From positions 32,001 through 96,000 of the forward strand of contig CAVYJM010000010.1 of the NCBI GenBank assembly GCA_963768855.1: 64,000 nucleotides of DNA, written 5' to 3'. Under the pieces are notes generated by a model that saw only the letters and a list, made by a program, of their open reading frames with translations, ran no database searches and was not told the DNA's origin. Shown here piece after piece: positions 27,171-40,628 of this stretch; the stretch's first letter is position 1; every line of letters begins with the position of its first letter. Origin of the DNA: an uncultured Thermoplasmata archaeon (GTDB lineage: Archaea; Thermoplasmatota; Thermoplasmata; RBG-16-68-12). The position numbers and the translations under genes were made by a program.

Positions 27171-28427
27171 TCATGCCTTCTGGAGTCGCTCCGCGATGGA
27201 CTGGGCGAAGGCGGTCGTGCTGACCTCCTTCGACCCCGGCATTTGGCGGGCGAGGTCGTACGTGACGACCTTCGCGGCAATCGTGGCCCGCACGGCCTCG
27301 CGGAGCCGCGCCGCGGCCTCTTTCCATCCGAGGTACTCGAGCATCATGACGCCCGCCAAGATTTCCGCGGTCGGGTTCACCTTGTCCATGCCCGCGTACT
27401 TCGGCGCGCTGCCATGGATGGGTTCGAACAGCCCGTGCGCGTCGCCGATGTTCGCTCCGGGGGCGACGCCGAGCCCGCCCACTTGGGCCGCGGCTGCGTC
27501 GCTGAGGTAGTCTCCGTTCAGGTTCGTCGTCGCGAGGACATCGTACTCGTCCGGGCGGAGGAGGAGCTGCTGGAACATGTTGTCCGCAATCACGTCCTTG
27601 ATGAGGACCTTGCCTTCCGGCGTCTTCCCATCATGCTTCTCCTGGACCTCCTTCCAGGTGATCGTGTCGTTCGGGAACTCGGTGCGCGCGAGCTCGTAGC
27701 CCCAGTCGCGGAACGCGCCCTCTGTGTACTTCATGATGTTCCCCTTGTGGACGAGGGTCACGGACCGCCGGTGGTTGTCGACCGCGAAGTGGATCGCCTT
27801 CCGGATGAGACGCTTGGACTCGTACTCGCTGATCGGCTTCACGCCGATCCCGCTGTCCTCGCGCACGTGGACGTTGAACTGGGTCCTCAGCGTCTCGACC
27901 ATGAGCTTCGCCTCCGGGGAGCCCTTCGCCCATTCGATGCCCGCGTAGACGTCCTCCTCGGCCTCGCGGAAGATGATGATGTCCAGCCGCTCCGGGTGCG
28001 TCACCGGGCTCGGCACGCCGGGCATCCAGTAGATGGGTCGCACGTTCGCGTAGAGGTCGAGGGTCTGGCGGAGCGTCACATTGAGCGAGCGGAAGCCGCC
28101 CCCCACCGGCGTCGTGAGGGGTCCCTTCAGCGCCACGACGTACTCCTTGATCGCGGCAAGCGTGGCCTCCGGGAGCATGTCCCCGTACCGGAACATCGCG
28201 GTCTCGCCCGCGGGGACCGGGTACCACACGATCCGCCGCCGGCCGTGGTACGTGGTCTCGACGGCGGTGTCGATGACGCTTCGGGCGGCGCGCGTCACGT
28301 CCGGGCCGATGCCGTCCCCCTCGATGAGCGGGATGATCGGATCCTCGGGGACGCGGAGGCCCGTCTCGGTGATCAGGATCTTATGCCCCTGCGAAGGGGG
28401 CGTCAGCTTGAGGGGTTCCGTCGGCAC
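27171..28427 (-). CDS. icd: NADP-dependent isocitrate dehydrogenase
   Basis: IEGDGIG, KGPLTTPVGGGFRSLNV, VHKGNIMKYTEG, NLNGDY, EPIHGSAPKYAG motifs. Confidence 0.96.
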   Translation of the reverse strand: MPTEPLKLTPPSQGHKILITETGLRVPEDPIIPLIEGDGIGPDVTRAARSVIDTAVETTYHGRRRIVWYPVPAGETAMFRYGDMLPEATLAAIKEYVVALKGPLTTPVGGGFRSLNVTLRQTLDLYANVRPIYWMPGVPSPVTHPERLDIIIFREAEEDVYAGIEWAKGSPEAKLMVETLRTQFNVHVREDSGIGVKPISEYESKRLIRKAIHFAVDNHRRSVTLVHKGNIMKYTEGAFRDWGYELARTEFPNDTITWKEVQEKHDGKTPEGKVLIKDVIADNMFQQLLLRPDEYDVLATTNLNGDYLSDAAAAQVGGLGVAPGANIGDAHGLFEPIHGSAPKYAGMDKVNPTAEILAGVMMLEYLGWKEAAARLREAVRATIAAKVVTYDLARQMPGSKEVSTTAFAQSIAERLQKA

Positions 28428-28488
28428 GTGATCGCCAGGTCCGCAAGGCGGGTTCCTTCCTTAATGCTACCGTGTGTATCGATCCGCA

Positions 28489-29655
28489 TCACGTGCGCTG
28501 GTCGATGGGCACGTACACGTTGTCCGTCGGCCCGATGTAGTAGTCGAGGGGGCGCACGAGTCGGTTGTCCTCCCAGTACTCGATGACGTGGGCCGTCCAG
28601 CCGGCGACTCTGGAAATCGCGAAGATCGGCGTGAAGAGGTCCGTGGGGATGCCGAGCAAGTGGTACGTCAGGCCGGAGTAGAAGTCGACGTTCGGGTAGA
28701 TGTGCTTCGAGGCGAGCTCCCGGACGACCGTGTCCTGGACGATCTCGGCGACCTTGAACAGATCCTCCTGTCCGCGGAGGTCGCTGAGCTGCCGCGCATA
28801 CTCCCGGAGGATGAGGGCGCGCGGGTCCCAGGTCTTGTATACGCGGTGGCCGAACCCGAAGATCTTCCCGTGGTTGCGGAGGGTGTTCTGCACATACGAC
28901 TCCGCGTTCTCCGGTTTCCCGATTGCGAGCATCGTCTTCAGGGCTGCCTCGTTCGCGCCGCCGTGGAGCGGTCCCTTCAGCGTGGCGACGGCCGCGACGA
29001 TCGTGCTGTACAGGTCGGCGAGCGTGGAGGCCGCAACGGTCGCGGCGAACGCGGACGCGTTCATGCTGTGGTCCGCGTGCAGGATCAGGGCGACGTCCAT
29101 CACCTTCGCCGACAAGCGGTCGGGCTTCCGGCCCGTGAGCATCCGGAGGAAGTCTTCCGCGATCCCGAGGCTCGGGTCCGGCGCGACGGGCCGCTTCCCC
29201 TCGCGGATCCGCTGGGCCGCCGCCACGAGGGTGGGGAACTTCCCGATCAGGCGCTGCGCCTTCCGCATGTTCGCGGCCCGCGTGGGGTCGTCCCGCTCGG
29301 CATCGAAGTTGCTCAGGTACGAGACCGCGGTGCGCAGGACGTCGATCGGCGGCGCATCCGGGGGCATGCAGCGAAGGAGCTTCACGACCTCGGGGCCGAT
29401 GCCGCGGTTCTCCGCGAACGCCTGTCTCGCCTCCCCGAGCTCCGTCTTCGTCGGCAGCCGGCCGTGGATCAGGATGTAGATGGTCTCCTCGAAGGTGGAG
29501 TGTTCCGCAAGGTCGCGGATGTCCCAGCCCCGGTACAGGAGGCGGCCCTTCACGCCGTCCACCAGGCAGATCGACGATTCCTTTACGTAGACGTCATCGA
29601 GGCCCTTCTCGATCTTCGGCTTCGCCTCGACGGTCGGCTTCTCGGTCATGTTCAC
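28489..29655 (-). CDS. gltA: Citrate synthase (or 2-methylcitrate synthase)
   Basis: KGLDDV, LLYRG, HADHSMNAS, GPLHGGAN, GFGHRVY, PNVDFYSG. Alternative ATG at 29649. Confidence 0.92.
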   Translation of the reverse strand: MNMTEKPTVEAKPKIEKGLDDVYVKESSICLVDGVKGRLLYRGWDIRDLAEHSTFEETIYILIHGRLPTKTELGEARQAFAENRGIGPEVVKLLRCMPPDAPPIDVLRTAVSYLSNFDAERDDPTRAANMRKAQRLIGKFPTLVAAAQRIREGKRPVAPDPSLGIAEDFLRMLTGRKPDRLSAKVMDVALILHADHSMNASAFAATVAASTLADLYSTIVAAVATLKGPLHGGANEAALKTMLAIGKPENAESYVQNTLRNHGKIFGFGHRVYKTWDPRALILREYARQLSDLRGQEDLFKVAEIVQDTVVRELASKHIYPNVDFYSGLTYHLLGIPTDLFTPIFAISRVAGWTAHVIEYWEDNRLVRPLDYYIGPTDNVYVPIDQRT

Positions 29656-29694
29656 GTCACACGCCTCCCCAACACGTGGCGGGGACCACCGGCC

Positions 29695-30192
29695 TCACGT
29701 CCCTGCGATGACGAGGTCCCCGTGGTGTTTGATGTACTCCACGAGGCCCCCCTCCTCCAGGATCCGCGCCATGACCGCCGGCAGGGGCGGGAACGTGAGG
29801 TCGATCCCTTTCGTCCGGTCATGGACGATCCCCTTCTCCAAATCAACGTCCAGGTCATCGCCCTCCGCGATCCGGTCCGTATCGACCACGATCGCGGGCA
29901 GGCCGATGTTGATGCAGTTGCGGTAGAAGATGCGGGCGAATGATTTTGCGAGGACCGCCCGCGCCCCGGCAATCTTGATGATCACGGGGGCGTGCTCCCG
30001 GGAGGATCCCTTTCCGAAGTTGCGTCCTCCGACGACGAAGTCGCCGGGCTTCACCTGTGACGCGAACTCCGGTCGGGCGTCCTCGAGGACATGCTTCGCG
30101 AGTTCGGGCAGGTTGGACCGCAGATGGTAGAACCTCCCGGCGGCGATCAGGTCCGTGGAGATGTTGTCGCCGAACTTCCAGGCGCGCCCCAT
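29695..30192 (-). CDS. Aconitase-family small subunit (LeuD/HacB type)
   Basis: AWKFGDNISTD, GRNFGKGSSREHA, SFARIFYRN. Start ATG 30192 overlaps the large-subunit stop. Confidence 0.92.
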   Translation of the reverse strand: MGRAWKFGDNISTDLIAAGRFYHLRSNLPELAKHVLEDARPEFASQVKPGDFVVGGRNFGKGSSREHAPVIIKIAGARAVLAKSFARIFYRNCINIGLPAIVVDTDRIAEGDDLDVDLEKGIVHDRTKGIDLTFPPLPAVMARILEEGGLVEYIKHHGDLVIAGT

Positions 30193-31454
30193 CACTTCAC
30201 CTCCCGCGGGTCCGTGATCACGCCGCGGATCGCCGTCGCGGCCGCCGTGGCCGGAGAGGCCAGATACGTGAACGCGGCCGGGTTCCCCATGCGGCCCACG
30301 TAGTTCCGGTTCGTCGTGGACAGGACGTTCTCCCCGTCGCCGGGGACGCCCAGATGGACGCCGGGGCAGGCGCCGCATCCCGGCGAGTTGATCGTCGCGC
30401 CCGCGTCGAGGAGGATCTCGAACAGCCCTTCCTTCATCGAGCGCGTGTACGCCTCCTTGGACGCCGGGACGACGATGAGCCTCGTGCCGTTCGCGACCTT
30501 CTCCCCCTTCATGTAGTTGCAGAACACCTGGATGTCCTCGTAGCGGGCGTTCGTGCACGAGCCGAGGTAGACCTGGTGGATCTTGAGGCCCTGGACGCTC
30601 GGGTCCGTGACCGGCACGACGTTGTCCTCTTGGGGCGGCCGGGCCACCATGGGCTCCAGGTCGCCCGCGTCATACGGGTGCACGACCTCGTATGAGGCGT
30701 CCGCGTCGGCGTGGATCTCCTTCCAGTCGCCTTCGCGGCCGTGCTCGCGGAGGTAGCGCTTCGTCTCTTGGTCGGACGGCTGCGGGCCGCACTTGCCCCC
30801 GCCCTCGATGGCCATGTTGGAGAGCACCATGCGTTCGGTCATGGGCATCGCGGCCCACGCGGGTCCGCCCCACTCCATGGCCTTGTACGCGGCGCCGTCC
30901 GTCTTGATGTCTCCGAGCACGCGGAGGATCAGGTCCTTGGAGAATACGCCCGAATGGAACGCTCCGGTGACTTCGAACTTCATCGTCTCGGGCACGCGGA
31001 GCCACGTCTTTCCAAGGGCCAAGGCCACCGCGACGTCCGTGGAGCCCATCCCCGTCGCGAACGCGCCCATCGCGCCCCCCATCACGCTGTGGCTGTCCGC
31101 GCCGATGACGACATCCCAGGGGCGCACGAACTTCTCGAATGCGACCTGGTGGCAGACGCCCTGGCCGACGTCGGAGAGGACCATGCCCGTCTTCGCAGCG
31201 AACTCCCTCAGGTAGACGTGGTCCGTCGCCAGCTCCCGCCGCGGCGGAGGGCTCGAATGGTCGATGAACACGACGGACCGCTCGGGGTTCGCGGCCTTCA
31301 CGAGGTTCATCTGTTCCATCATGCGGAACGTGAGGGGTCCGGTCCCGTCCTGCACGTACGCGAGATCGACCTTGGCGATCGTGATGTCCCCCGCGTGAAC
31401 GGGATGGCCTGAGGCGCGGGAGAGTACCTTCTCGACAATCGTTTGCCCCGGCAT
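30192..31454 (-). CDS. Aconitase-family large subunit (LeuC/HacA type)
   Basis: QDGTGP, IDHS, GVCHQ, GADSHS, GSCTN, PGCGACPG, STTNRNY, SPATAAA motifs. Confidence 0.93.
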   Translation of the reverse strand: MPGQTIVEKVLSRASGHPVHAGDITIAKVDLAYVQDGTGPLTFRMMEQMNLVKAANPERSVVFIDHSSPPPRRELATDHVYLREFAAKTGMVLSDVGQGVCHQVAFEKFVRPWDVVIGADSHSVMGGAMGAFATGMGSTDVAVALALGKTWLRVPETMKFEVTGAFHSGVFSKDLILRVLGDIKTDGAAYKAMEWGGPAWAAMPMTERMVLSNMAIEGGGKCGPQPSDQETKRYLREHGREGDWKEIHADADASYEVVHPYDAGDLEPMVARPPQEDNVVPVTDPSVQGLKIHQVYLGSCTNARYEDIQVFCNYMKGEKVANGTRLIVVPASKEAYTRSMKEGLFEILLDAGATINSPGCGACPGVHLGVPGDGENVLSTTNRNYVGRMGNPAAFTYLASPATAAATAIRGVITDPREVK

Positions 31455-31560
31455 GCCTTCCACCGTCTTGTGGTGACCTCGCTAAAGCTCCCTGTGCTAT
31501 TAAAAGTGCGGGGTGATGCCCTGCGAACTCGATTCGCGACCGCGCGGATTTCGGCGCGGC

Positions 31561-32448
31561 TCACAGTCTCAACGCGAGGGGCACGAGCGCGTCGGCCATC
31601 ATGGCGACGAGGATCAGGGCGAGGTAGATGCCGGAGAACTTGTACCCCGCCCACGCCCGCTCCTGGGTGGGGTCGCGCAGGAACCGGATCGTCAGGTACA
31701 GAAGGATTGCGCCCAGCGCGACGGCGACGACGAGGTACCCGTCGTGGAACGCATCCGTGAAGAAGAAGGCGATGCTCGCGATCGCGACGATCGCGGACGA
31801 GAGGCCGATGGCCCGGGCTGACGTGGCGGCGTCCTTCACCGCCGGCAGCATCGGAAGTCCGGCGCGCCGGTAGTCCTCCCGGTTGCGGAAGGCCAGCGCC
31901 CAGAAATGACCTGGAGTCCAGAGGAACACGAGGAGGGCGATGAGCGCCGCGGGCAGGCTGATCGCGTTTGCGGCCGCGGCGGATCCGGCGAGGGCCGGGC
32001 AGGATCCCGCGAATCCCCCGATGACGATGTTGCTGATGTGGGTCCGCTTCAGGCCCAGGGTGTACACGCCGACGTACACGGCGAATCCGAGGCCGATCAT
32101 GGCGGCCGTCAGCGGGTTGATCGCCACGTACGCCATGCCGAGCGCGAGGGCCGTGAGCCCGAGTCCGAACACGAGGGCGCGCGTCGCGGGGTCGATGCGG
32201 CGGGCCGGGAGCGGGCGGGTCGAGGTGCGCCGCATGACCGCATCGATGTCGCGGTCGATGTAGTGGTTCACGGCGCTCGCTCCGCTGCTCGCGAGGAGTC
32301 CCGTGAGCATCAGCAGCCCCAGGGCGGCCGGGTCGATGCGGGGGCCGCTCGTCGCCACATACCCCGCTGCGGCCACGAGGAGTAGGAGCGCGTCGATGCG
32401 CAGTTTCATGAGTTGAACATAATCATCGAGGGACAAGGTCGGTCGCAA
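31561..32448 (-). CDS. cyoE: Protoheme IX farnesyltransferase (heme o synthase)
   Basis: NHYIDRDID.VMRRT..RPLP, YTLGLKR, FLWTPGHFWALA, DYRRAGLPMLP motifs. Confidence 0.95.
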   Translation of the reverse strand: MRPTLSLDDYVQLMKLRIDALLLLVAAAGYVATSGPRIDPAALGLLMLTGLLASSGASAVNHYIDRDIDAVMRRTSTRPLPARRIDPATRALVFGLGLTALALGMAYVAINPLTAAMIGLGFAVYVGVYTLGLKRTHISNIVIGGFAGSCPALAGSAAAANAISLPAALIALLVFLWTPGHFWALAFRNREDYRRAGLPMLPAVKDAATSARAIGLSSAIVAIASIAFFFTDAFHDGYLVVAVALGAILLYLTIRFLRDPTQERAWAGYKFSGIYLALILVAMMADALVPLALRL

Positions 32449-32483
32449 CCCGCGCCAAACCTCTTGCTGTTCTTAATCCTTTG

Positions 32484-33194
32484 TTACCCACTCCGCGCGG
32501 CTGGTCTCCCGGGACGCGCTCCTCGTCGGGCTCCGCGCTGACGGGCGCGGTACCAGTCGCAGTCGCGACGCACGGGACACGCATTGCAGAGGGGATTGCG
32601 GGCGCGGCAGAGCTCGCGTCCGTGCGCGATGATCGCGAGATGCCAGGCCATCCGTTTCGCGGGCGGCGTCCAAGCCTCGAGGGCGGCGCGGGTGGCTTCG
32701 TAGTCCGAGCGGTCGACGATGCACCATCGTCGGGCGATCCGGGCGATGTGAGTGTCCACCGGGAACGTGGGATGGTCCCCTGCCATGGCGAGGACCACAT
32801 CGGCGGTCTTCGGTCCGACCCCCGGGAGCGACATCAAGGCGTCCCGCGCCTCGCGCGTCGGCAGGGCGAGGACAGGGTCCAGGGAGCCGCCCCAGCGCTG
32901 CCTCACTTCACGTGCGCAGGCACGGATCCGCGGGGCCTTCTGGCGTGCGAGCCCTGCGTGCCAGATAGCCTTCGCGATCGTGAATTCCGAGGCCGCCACG
33001 ACCGAGTCAGGCGTGATGCGTCCCAACGCCCGCCTCAACCCGTCGAGGCCGCGTCGTTCGTTTGCGACGGTCGTGCTTTGCGAGAGGATCGTGGAGACCA
33101 GGGCCTCGAACGGACTCATCTCTGCAGCCCAGTCCACCGGCGGATGGCGCCGCTCGAGCGTCCGCATCGTCCTCCGGAACGCCCTGCGGTCCAC
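32484..33194 (-). CDS. nth: Endonuclease III (HhH-GPD, 4Fe-4S)
   Basis: ILSQST, LPGVGPKTA, FPVDTHIARI, CRARNPLCNACPVRRDC. Confidence 0.9.
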   Translation of the reverse strand: MDRRAFRRTMRTLERRHPPVDWAAEMSPFEALVSTILSQSTTVANERRGLDGLRRALGRITPDSVVAASEFTIAKAIWHAGLARQKAPRIRACAREVRQRWGGSLDPVLALPTREARDALMSLPGVGPKTADVVLAMAGDHPTFPVDTHIARIARRWCIVDRSDYEATRAALEAWTPPAKRMAWHLAIIAHGRELCRARNPLCNACPVRRDCDWYRARQRGARRGARPGRPAARSG

Positions 33195-33234
33195 GGAGTC
33201 GCAACCCGCCCGCGCGAGATAAAGGCCTGGGCTC

Positions 33235-34077
33235 TCAGCCGGTGATGAGCGAGCGGACCATCGTGATGATGTTCCTCGGTCGTTCCCGCAATCGGCGGGT
33301 GAAGTACGGCAGCCAGGTCGGCCCGTACGGGATGTACTCGGCGACGGCGTGACCCTGGGACACGAGCTCGGCCTTAAGCGGATCGCGGACCCCTTGGAGC
33401 ATGGCGAACTCGAACGGGACGTCCGGGTGCTCCTTGGCGAGGGAGAGAGCCCGGTCGATCATCTTCCCGTCGTGGGTCGCGACGGCGAAGTGCGTCCCGG
33501 CGGTGAACAGAGTCTCAAGGAGCCGGAGGTACTCCCGGTCGATCTCCGGGTGGCGCGTGAACGCGACGTCCTCCGTTTCTTTGTAGGCGCCCTTGACGAG
33601 GCGGATCCGGGCGCGCAGCGCGAGCAGGTGCCTCAGGTCGTCCTCTGTGCGGCGGATGTTTGCCTGGAGGCAGAGGCCGACCTTGTCGTACCGCTTCAGG
33701 AGGTTCTCGTAGACCCAGATCGTGTCCGCGACGGTCGAGGCGCCCTCCATGTCCACCCAGAACACGTGGCCCCATGCCTTCGTCGCATCGAGGATCGGGA
33801 TGATTTGGGAGAGCGCGTATTCCTTGTCGATCAGGATGCCGAGCTGGGTCGGCTTGATGCTCACGTCCGTGCGGACGTCCGCGGCACGGAGCTTCGCCAC
33901 GAGACGGAGGTACTCCTGCGTCGTGGCTTCGACGGGCGGCTTCTCGTGGTAGTGCTCCCCGAGATGGTTCACGACTCCTTGGATGCCGCGCCGGTTCGCT
34001 TCCTTCGCGACCCGCAGGGCATCGTCCATCGTCTCCCCCGCGACCCACTGCCGAGCGAATCGAATGAGGAGCCCCAT
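33235..34077 (-). CDS. Monofunctional proline dehydrogenase
   Basis: VAGET, SIKPTQLG, VDMEG, LQANIRRT, RLVKGAY, VATHD, YIPYG..WLPYFTRRLRERP. Confidence 0.92.
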   Translation of the reverse strand: MGLLIRFARQWVAGETMDDALRVAKEANRRGIQGVVNHLGEHYHEKPPVEATTQEYLRLVAKLRAADVRTDVSIKPTQLGILIDKEYALSQIIPILDATKAWGHVFWVDMEGASTVADTIWVYENLLKRYDKVGLCLQANIRRTEDDLRHLLALRARIRLVKGAYKETEDVAFTRHPEIDREYLRLLETLFTAGTHFAVATHDGKMIDRALSLAKEHPDVPFEFAMLQGVRDPLKAELVSQGHAVAEYIPYGPTWLPYFTRRLRERPRNIITMVRSLITG

Positions 34078-34134
34078 GGGTCGGGGGATTTCCCGCCTTC
34101 GCTCAAATAGCTTCCGACTTGGGCAGCGAGACGG

Positions 34135-34566
34135 TCAAATGGGCTTGCCGCACGAGATGCAGAACTGCGCCTCTTCGGGGTTTAGGCGTCCGCACGCGCG
34201 GCACCGCACCTTCACGTCGCCCGCCTGCATGGCCTCCCGCCCGCGAACCGTGTCCGCGGAGTTGTTCGTACCCGCGACGGCTCCGAACAGGAGGAAGAGC
34301 CACCACAGCCGGACCATCCACCCGCCGACGCCCGCGAGCACGCCGCCGAGGACGAAGAGCATCATCGCGCCGAAGAAGCCGTTGAAGAACCCGGTGATCG
34401 AGAAATCCGAGCTCGTTGCGTTCCCGATCGTGCCGCCGATGAACGCGAACATGCCGTAGAGGATGATCAGGATGCCGGCAATCATAAGGACGGCGCCGAC
34501 GAGGAGTACGGTCACTGCGCCCCAACCGAAGGGCAGGGAGGGCGCGTTTCTCCGGTTCCGGGTCAT
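34135..34566 (-). CDS. Membrane protein with C-terminal zinc ribbon
   Basis: Two to three Gly-rich TM helices and CRACG...CISCG. Start trimmed (ATG 34566 or 34593). Confidence 0.7.
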   Translation of the reverse strand: MTRNRRNAPSLPFGWGAVTVLLVGAVLMIAGILIILYGMFAFIGGTIGNATSSDFSITGFFNGFFGAMMLFVLGGVLAGVGGWMVRLWWLFLLFGAVAGTNNSADTVRGREAMQAGDVKVRCRACGRLNPEEAQFCISCGKPI

Positions 34567-34706
34567 GGCGTACGCGGCGAGGGGCAGGGCCATACTGTGC
34601 GAGCTCCTGGGGCGTCCCGAACGGGACGTCGTCCTGCGAGGTTCGGTTTGCCCCCTGATATACTTTTCAATGGCGTTCCCACGGTTGGTACTGACGCACG
34701 CTGGGG

Positions 34707-35114
34707 TCAGTGCAGGTCCGGCCGGGCGACGACGGTCTCCGCGAACAGCACGCCCTTCACGGTGCGCAACCGATCCGCCAGCTCCGCGACCTGCTTCGAC
34801 TCCCCTTCGACGATGAGGACCTCGAGGCATGCTTCTTCGCTCAGGTGTGTGTGGGCCGTGGCACGGATGGTGCCGAGGAAATCGTGCTGGCGGTGCAGGA
34901 CTCGGTGCGTCACCATTCCGACGTCATGGCGATAGACGATTGTGATCGTGCCGACAACGTGACCGCCCGCCTGGATGCGGCGCTGCACGAGACCTTGTCG
35001 AATCAGATCTCGCAACGCTTCCGAGCGGCTCGCGTACCCCTTCTCCCGGACGAATCGGTCGAACTCTCCGAGCAGGGGGCCTTCCAGAGAAACGCCGATG
35101 CGCTCGACGGCCAT
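34707..35114 (-). CDS. nikR: Nickel-responsive regulator NikR
   Basis: RHH start RIGVSL...SRSEALRDLIR, Ni site QHD...HTH...CLEV. Confidence 0.95.
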   Translation of the reverse strand: MAVERIGVSLEGPLLGEFDRFVREKGYASRSEALRDLIRQGLVQRRIQAGGHVVGTITIVYRHDVGMVTHRVLHRQHDFLGTIRATAHTHLSEEACLEVLIVEGESKQVAELADRLRTVKGVLFAETVVARPDLH

Positions 35115-35189
35115 GTGCTACCCGCCGTGGACGAAGTGCTACTCCCGGATGAATCCTACGGTTTTCGCCTCCTACCCCCGCGCTAAAGC

Positions 35190-35230
35190 TTTAAGTTGCG
35201 GCAGTGTTACTCTCACAACCGGCGTCATAC
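35190..35230 (+). promoter_or_regulatory. TATA box plus candidate NikR operator of the Ni permease gene
   Basis: TTTAAG at 35190-35195, then imperfect inverted repeat GTGTTAC-N13-GTCATAC at 35204-35230, 11 nt before ATG 35242. Confidence 0.6.
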
Positions 35231-35241
35231 CGCCCTTTTGC

Positions 35242-38920
<3,679 letters not shown>

Positions 38921-39189
38921 CTGCCGCATAGCGGCTTGTTGAGCGCCCGCACGTGGAATTGGCTGCCGGTGCCGCTGCCGACCTCTTGTGCACAGGCCGC
39001 CTGGGCTCTCTCCGAACCGGACTTCGACACGACTGACCTGACCACACCCGCCGATATGTCGGCGTGAGTACACCCCCTTGTCGTCAAGGTACCCCTTTCG
39101 CGCGCCAATCCCGACCCCTCAGGGAGGAGCGCCGCAGGCGTGGGACCCTGACGAGCCTTCGGGCGACGGGAGGACCGCACGTGCACGCT

Positions 39190-39747
39190 CGCACACTCCG
39201 GCGAGCGCGTTCATCGGCTTCCAGATCGCGTCCATAAGACACTCGCTTCCGGCATCATCTGCCAATACCCCATGCAGGAACATCTCTTCCGTGACCCCGT
39301 ATCTGGCGTAGAACCTCGCCGCCTCCGTCCTCGCCGTCGGCTTCCTCTTCCTGGGCCGAATTCCCCAATCCGTCGAGGGAGCTGTCTCGCCCCAGCCCAG
39401 AGAGGCGGCTTTCGTCCCTTCGCCGCAGACCGAGCATGCCCCCCGGCCCCTAAGTCATCGCGGGTTCCCCGTTCCCTGCCGTGACGGCCAAGGAAGCCGG
39501 GGACGGACGCCTATCCGAGCCTGCCTTGAAGAGGGTCCTCGGCGAGGATGAGCGGCGGATGTACTTGGTGCTCCGCGAGCACGGCGGGGCGATGCTCTAG
39601 AAGGACCTCGTCGGGCTGGGCATCTTCTCGAGGGCGAAGGTTAGCCGGGTCTTGGACCGGCTCGAGGCGAAGCGCGTCGTCGTGCGGGAGCGCCACGGGA
39701 TGACGAACTGCGTGAGAATCGTCGCCGGCACGACCAAGTCCCCCTGA
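39190..39747 (+). pseudogene. Decayed membrane-anchored winged-HTH regulator (COG2512-like)
   Basis: 39481-39747 reads ...LGEDERRMYLVLREHGGAML*KDLVGLGIFSRAKVSRVLDRLEAKRVVVRERHGMTN, with TAG at 39598. An upstream hydrophobic stretch in another frame has a TAG at 39309. Confidence 0.65.
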
Positions 39748-39828
39748 ATTAGGAAAGCCTAAACGATTTCCGGCGCACGACAACTGCGGACAAATGTTTA
39801 AATCGGACCTGAGGGTGCGGGCTTCCGC

Positions 39829-40623
39829 ATGATGCAAGGAACGGCCCCCACCCCTGCAGCAACCCAGGCCAAACCCGTTTTGAAAGACGCTCCCCCCAAG
39901 TTCCGTTCGGGGAAGCACACGGCCGTCGTGAAGGAGGTCTTCGACATCGCGCCGAAGGCCCCCGAGACCTACCTGATTCGGTTCACCTTCGAGAACGAAC
40001 CCGTATTCGACTTCGAGCCGGGCCAGTTCATCTCGATCTTCGCGGAGAAGGAAGGCAAGAAGATCTCCCGGCCGTACTCGATCGCCTCCTGGCCGGAGAA
40101 CAAGGACTACCTCGAGCTCTGTATCAAGGTCGTGGAGGGGGGGTTCATGTCGAACTTCCTCCACCACGTGACCCCGGGGACCAAGCTCGCGTCGATCGCG
40201 CCCCTCGGCCGGTTCGTGCTCGCGGAGCCGCTCCAGTACGACACGGTCTTCGTCGCCACGGGCACGGGCGTCGCGCCGTTCGTCTCCCATCTCGGCCACA
40301 TCTTCCTGAACGACCTCGACGACGGCCACGAGATCGACCTCGTGTTCGGGACCCGGTACACGTACGAGCTCATCTATCACGACCTGTTCCTGAAATGGGA
40401 GAGGGAGCATCCGAACTTCCACTACTACTCGACCGTTTCGCGCCCCGAGACGCCGGACTACAAGGGCCGCGTGGGCTACGTGCAGAAGATCATCCAGAAC
40501 GACCTGAAGGACTACGCGACCAAGCAGGTCTTCATCTGCGGGCTCAACAACATGGTCGAGGACGTGCAGAACCTCTGCAAGCAGCTCGGGTTCGCTTTCG
40601 TGCGATTCGAGAAGTGGGACTGA
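39829..40623 (+). CDS. FAD/NAD(P)-binding oxidoreductase (ferredoxin-NADP reductase family)
   Basis: RPYSIAS, GGFMSNFL, VATGTGVAPF, FICG...MV, C-terminal EKWD. Confidence 0.9.
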   Translation: MMQGTAPTPAATQAKPVLKDAPPKFRSGKHTAVVKEVFDIAPKAPETYLIRFTFENEPVFDFEPGQFISIFAEKEGKKISRPYSIASWPENKDYLELCIKVVEGGFMSNFLHHVTPGTKLASIAPLGRFVLAEPLQYDTVFVATGTGVAPFVSHLGHIFLNDLDDGHEIDLVFGTRYTYELIYHDLFLKWEREHPNFHYYSTVSRPETPDYKGRVGYVQKIIQNDLKDYATKQVFICGLNNMVEDVQNLCKQLGFAFVRFEKWD

Positions 40624-40628
40624 AATCT

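Noticed and set aside
34975-35241. N-terminal extension of the Ni permease ORF
   Set aside because: It overlaps nikR and the promoter/operator; the first TM helix and RHGVDYDH motif follow ATG 35242.
39598-39600. Pyrrolysine read-through of the in-frame TAG
   Set aside because: A second TAG and a frameshift occur in the same remnant, the expected residue is Gln, and no pyl genes are in the window.
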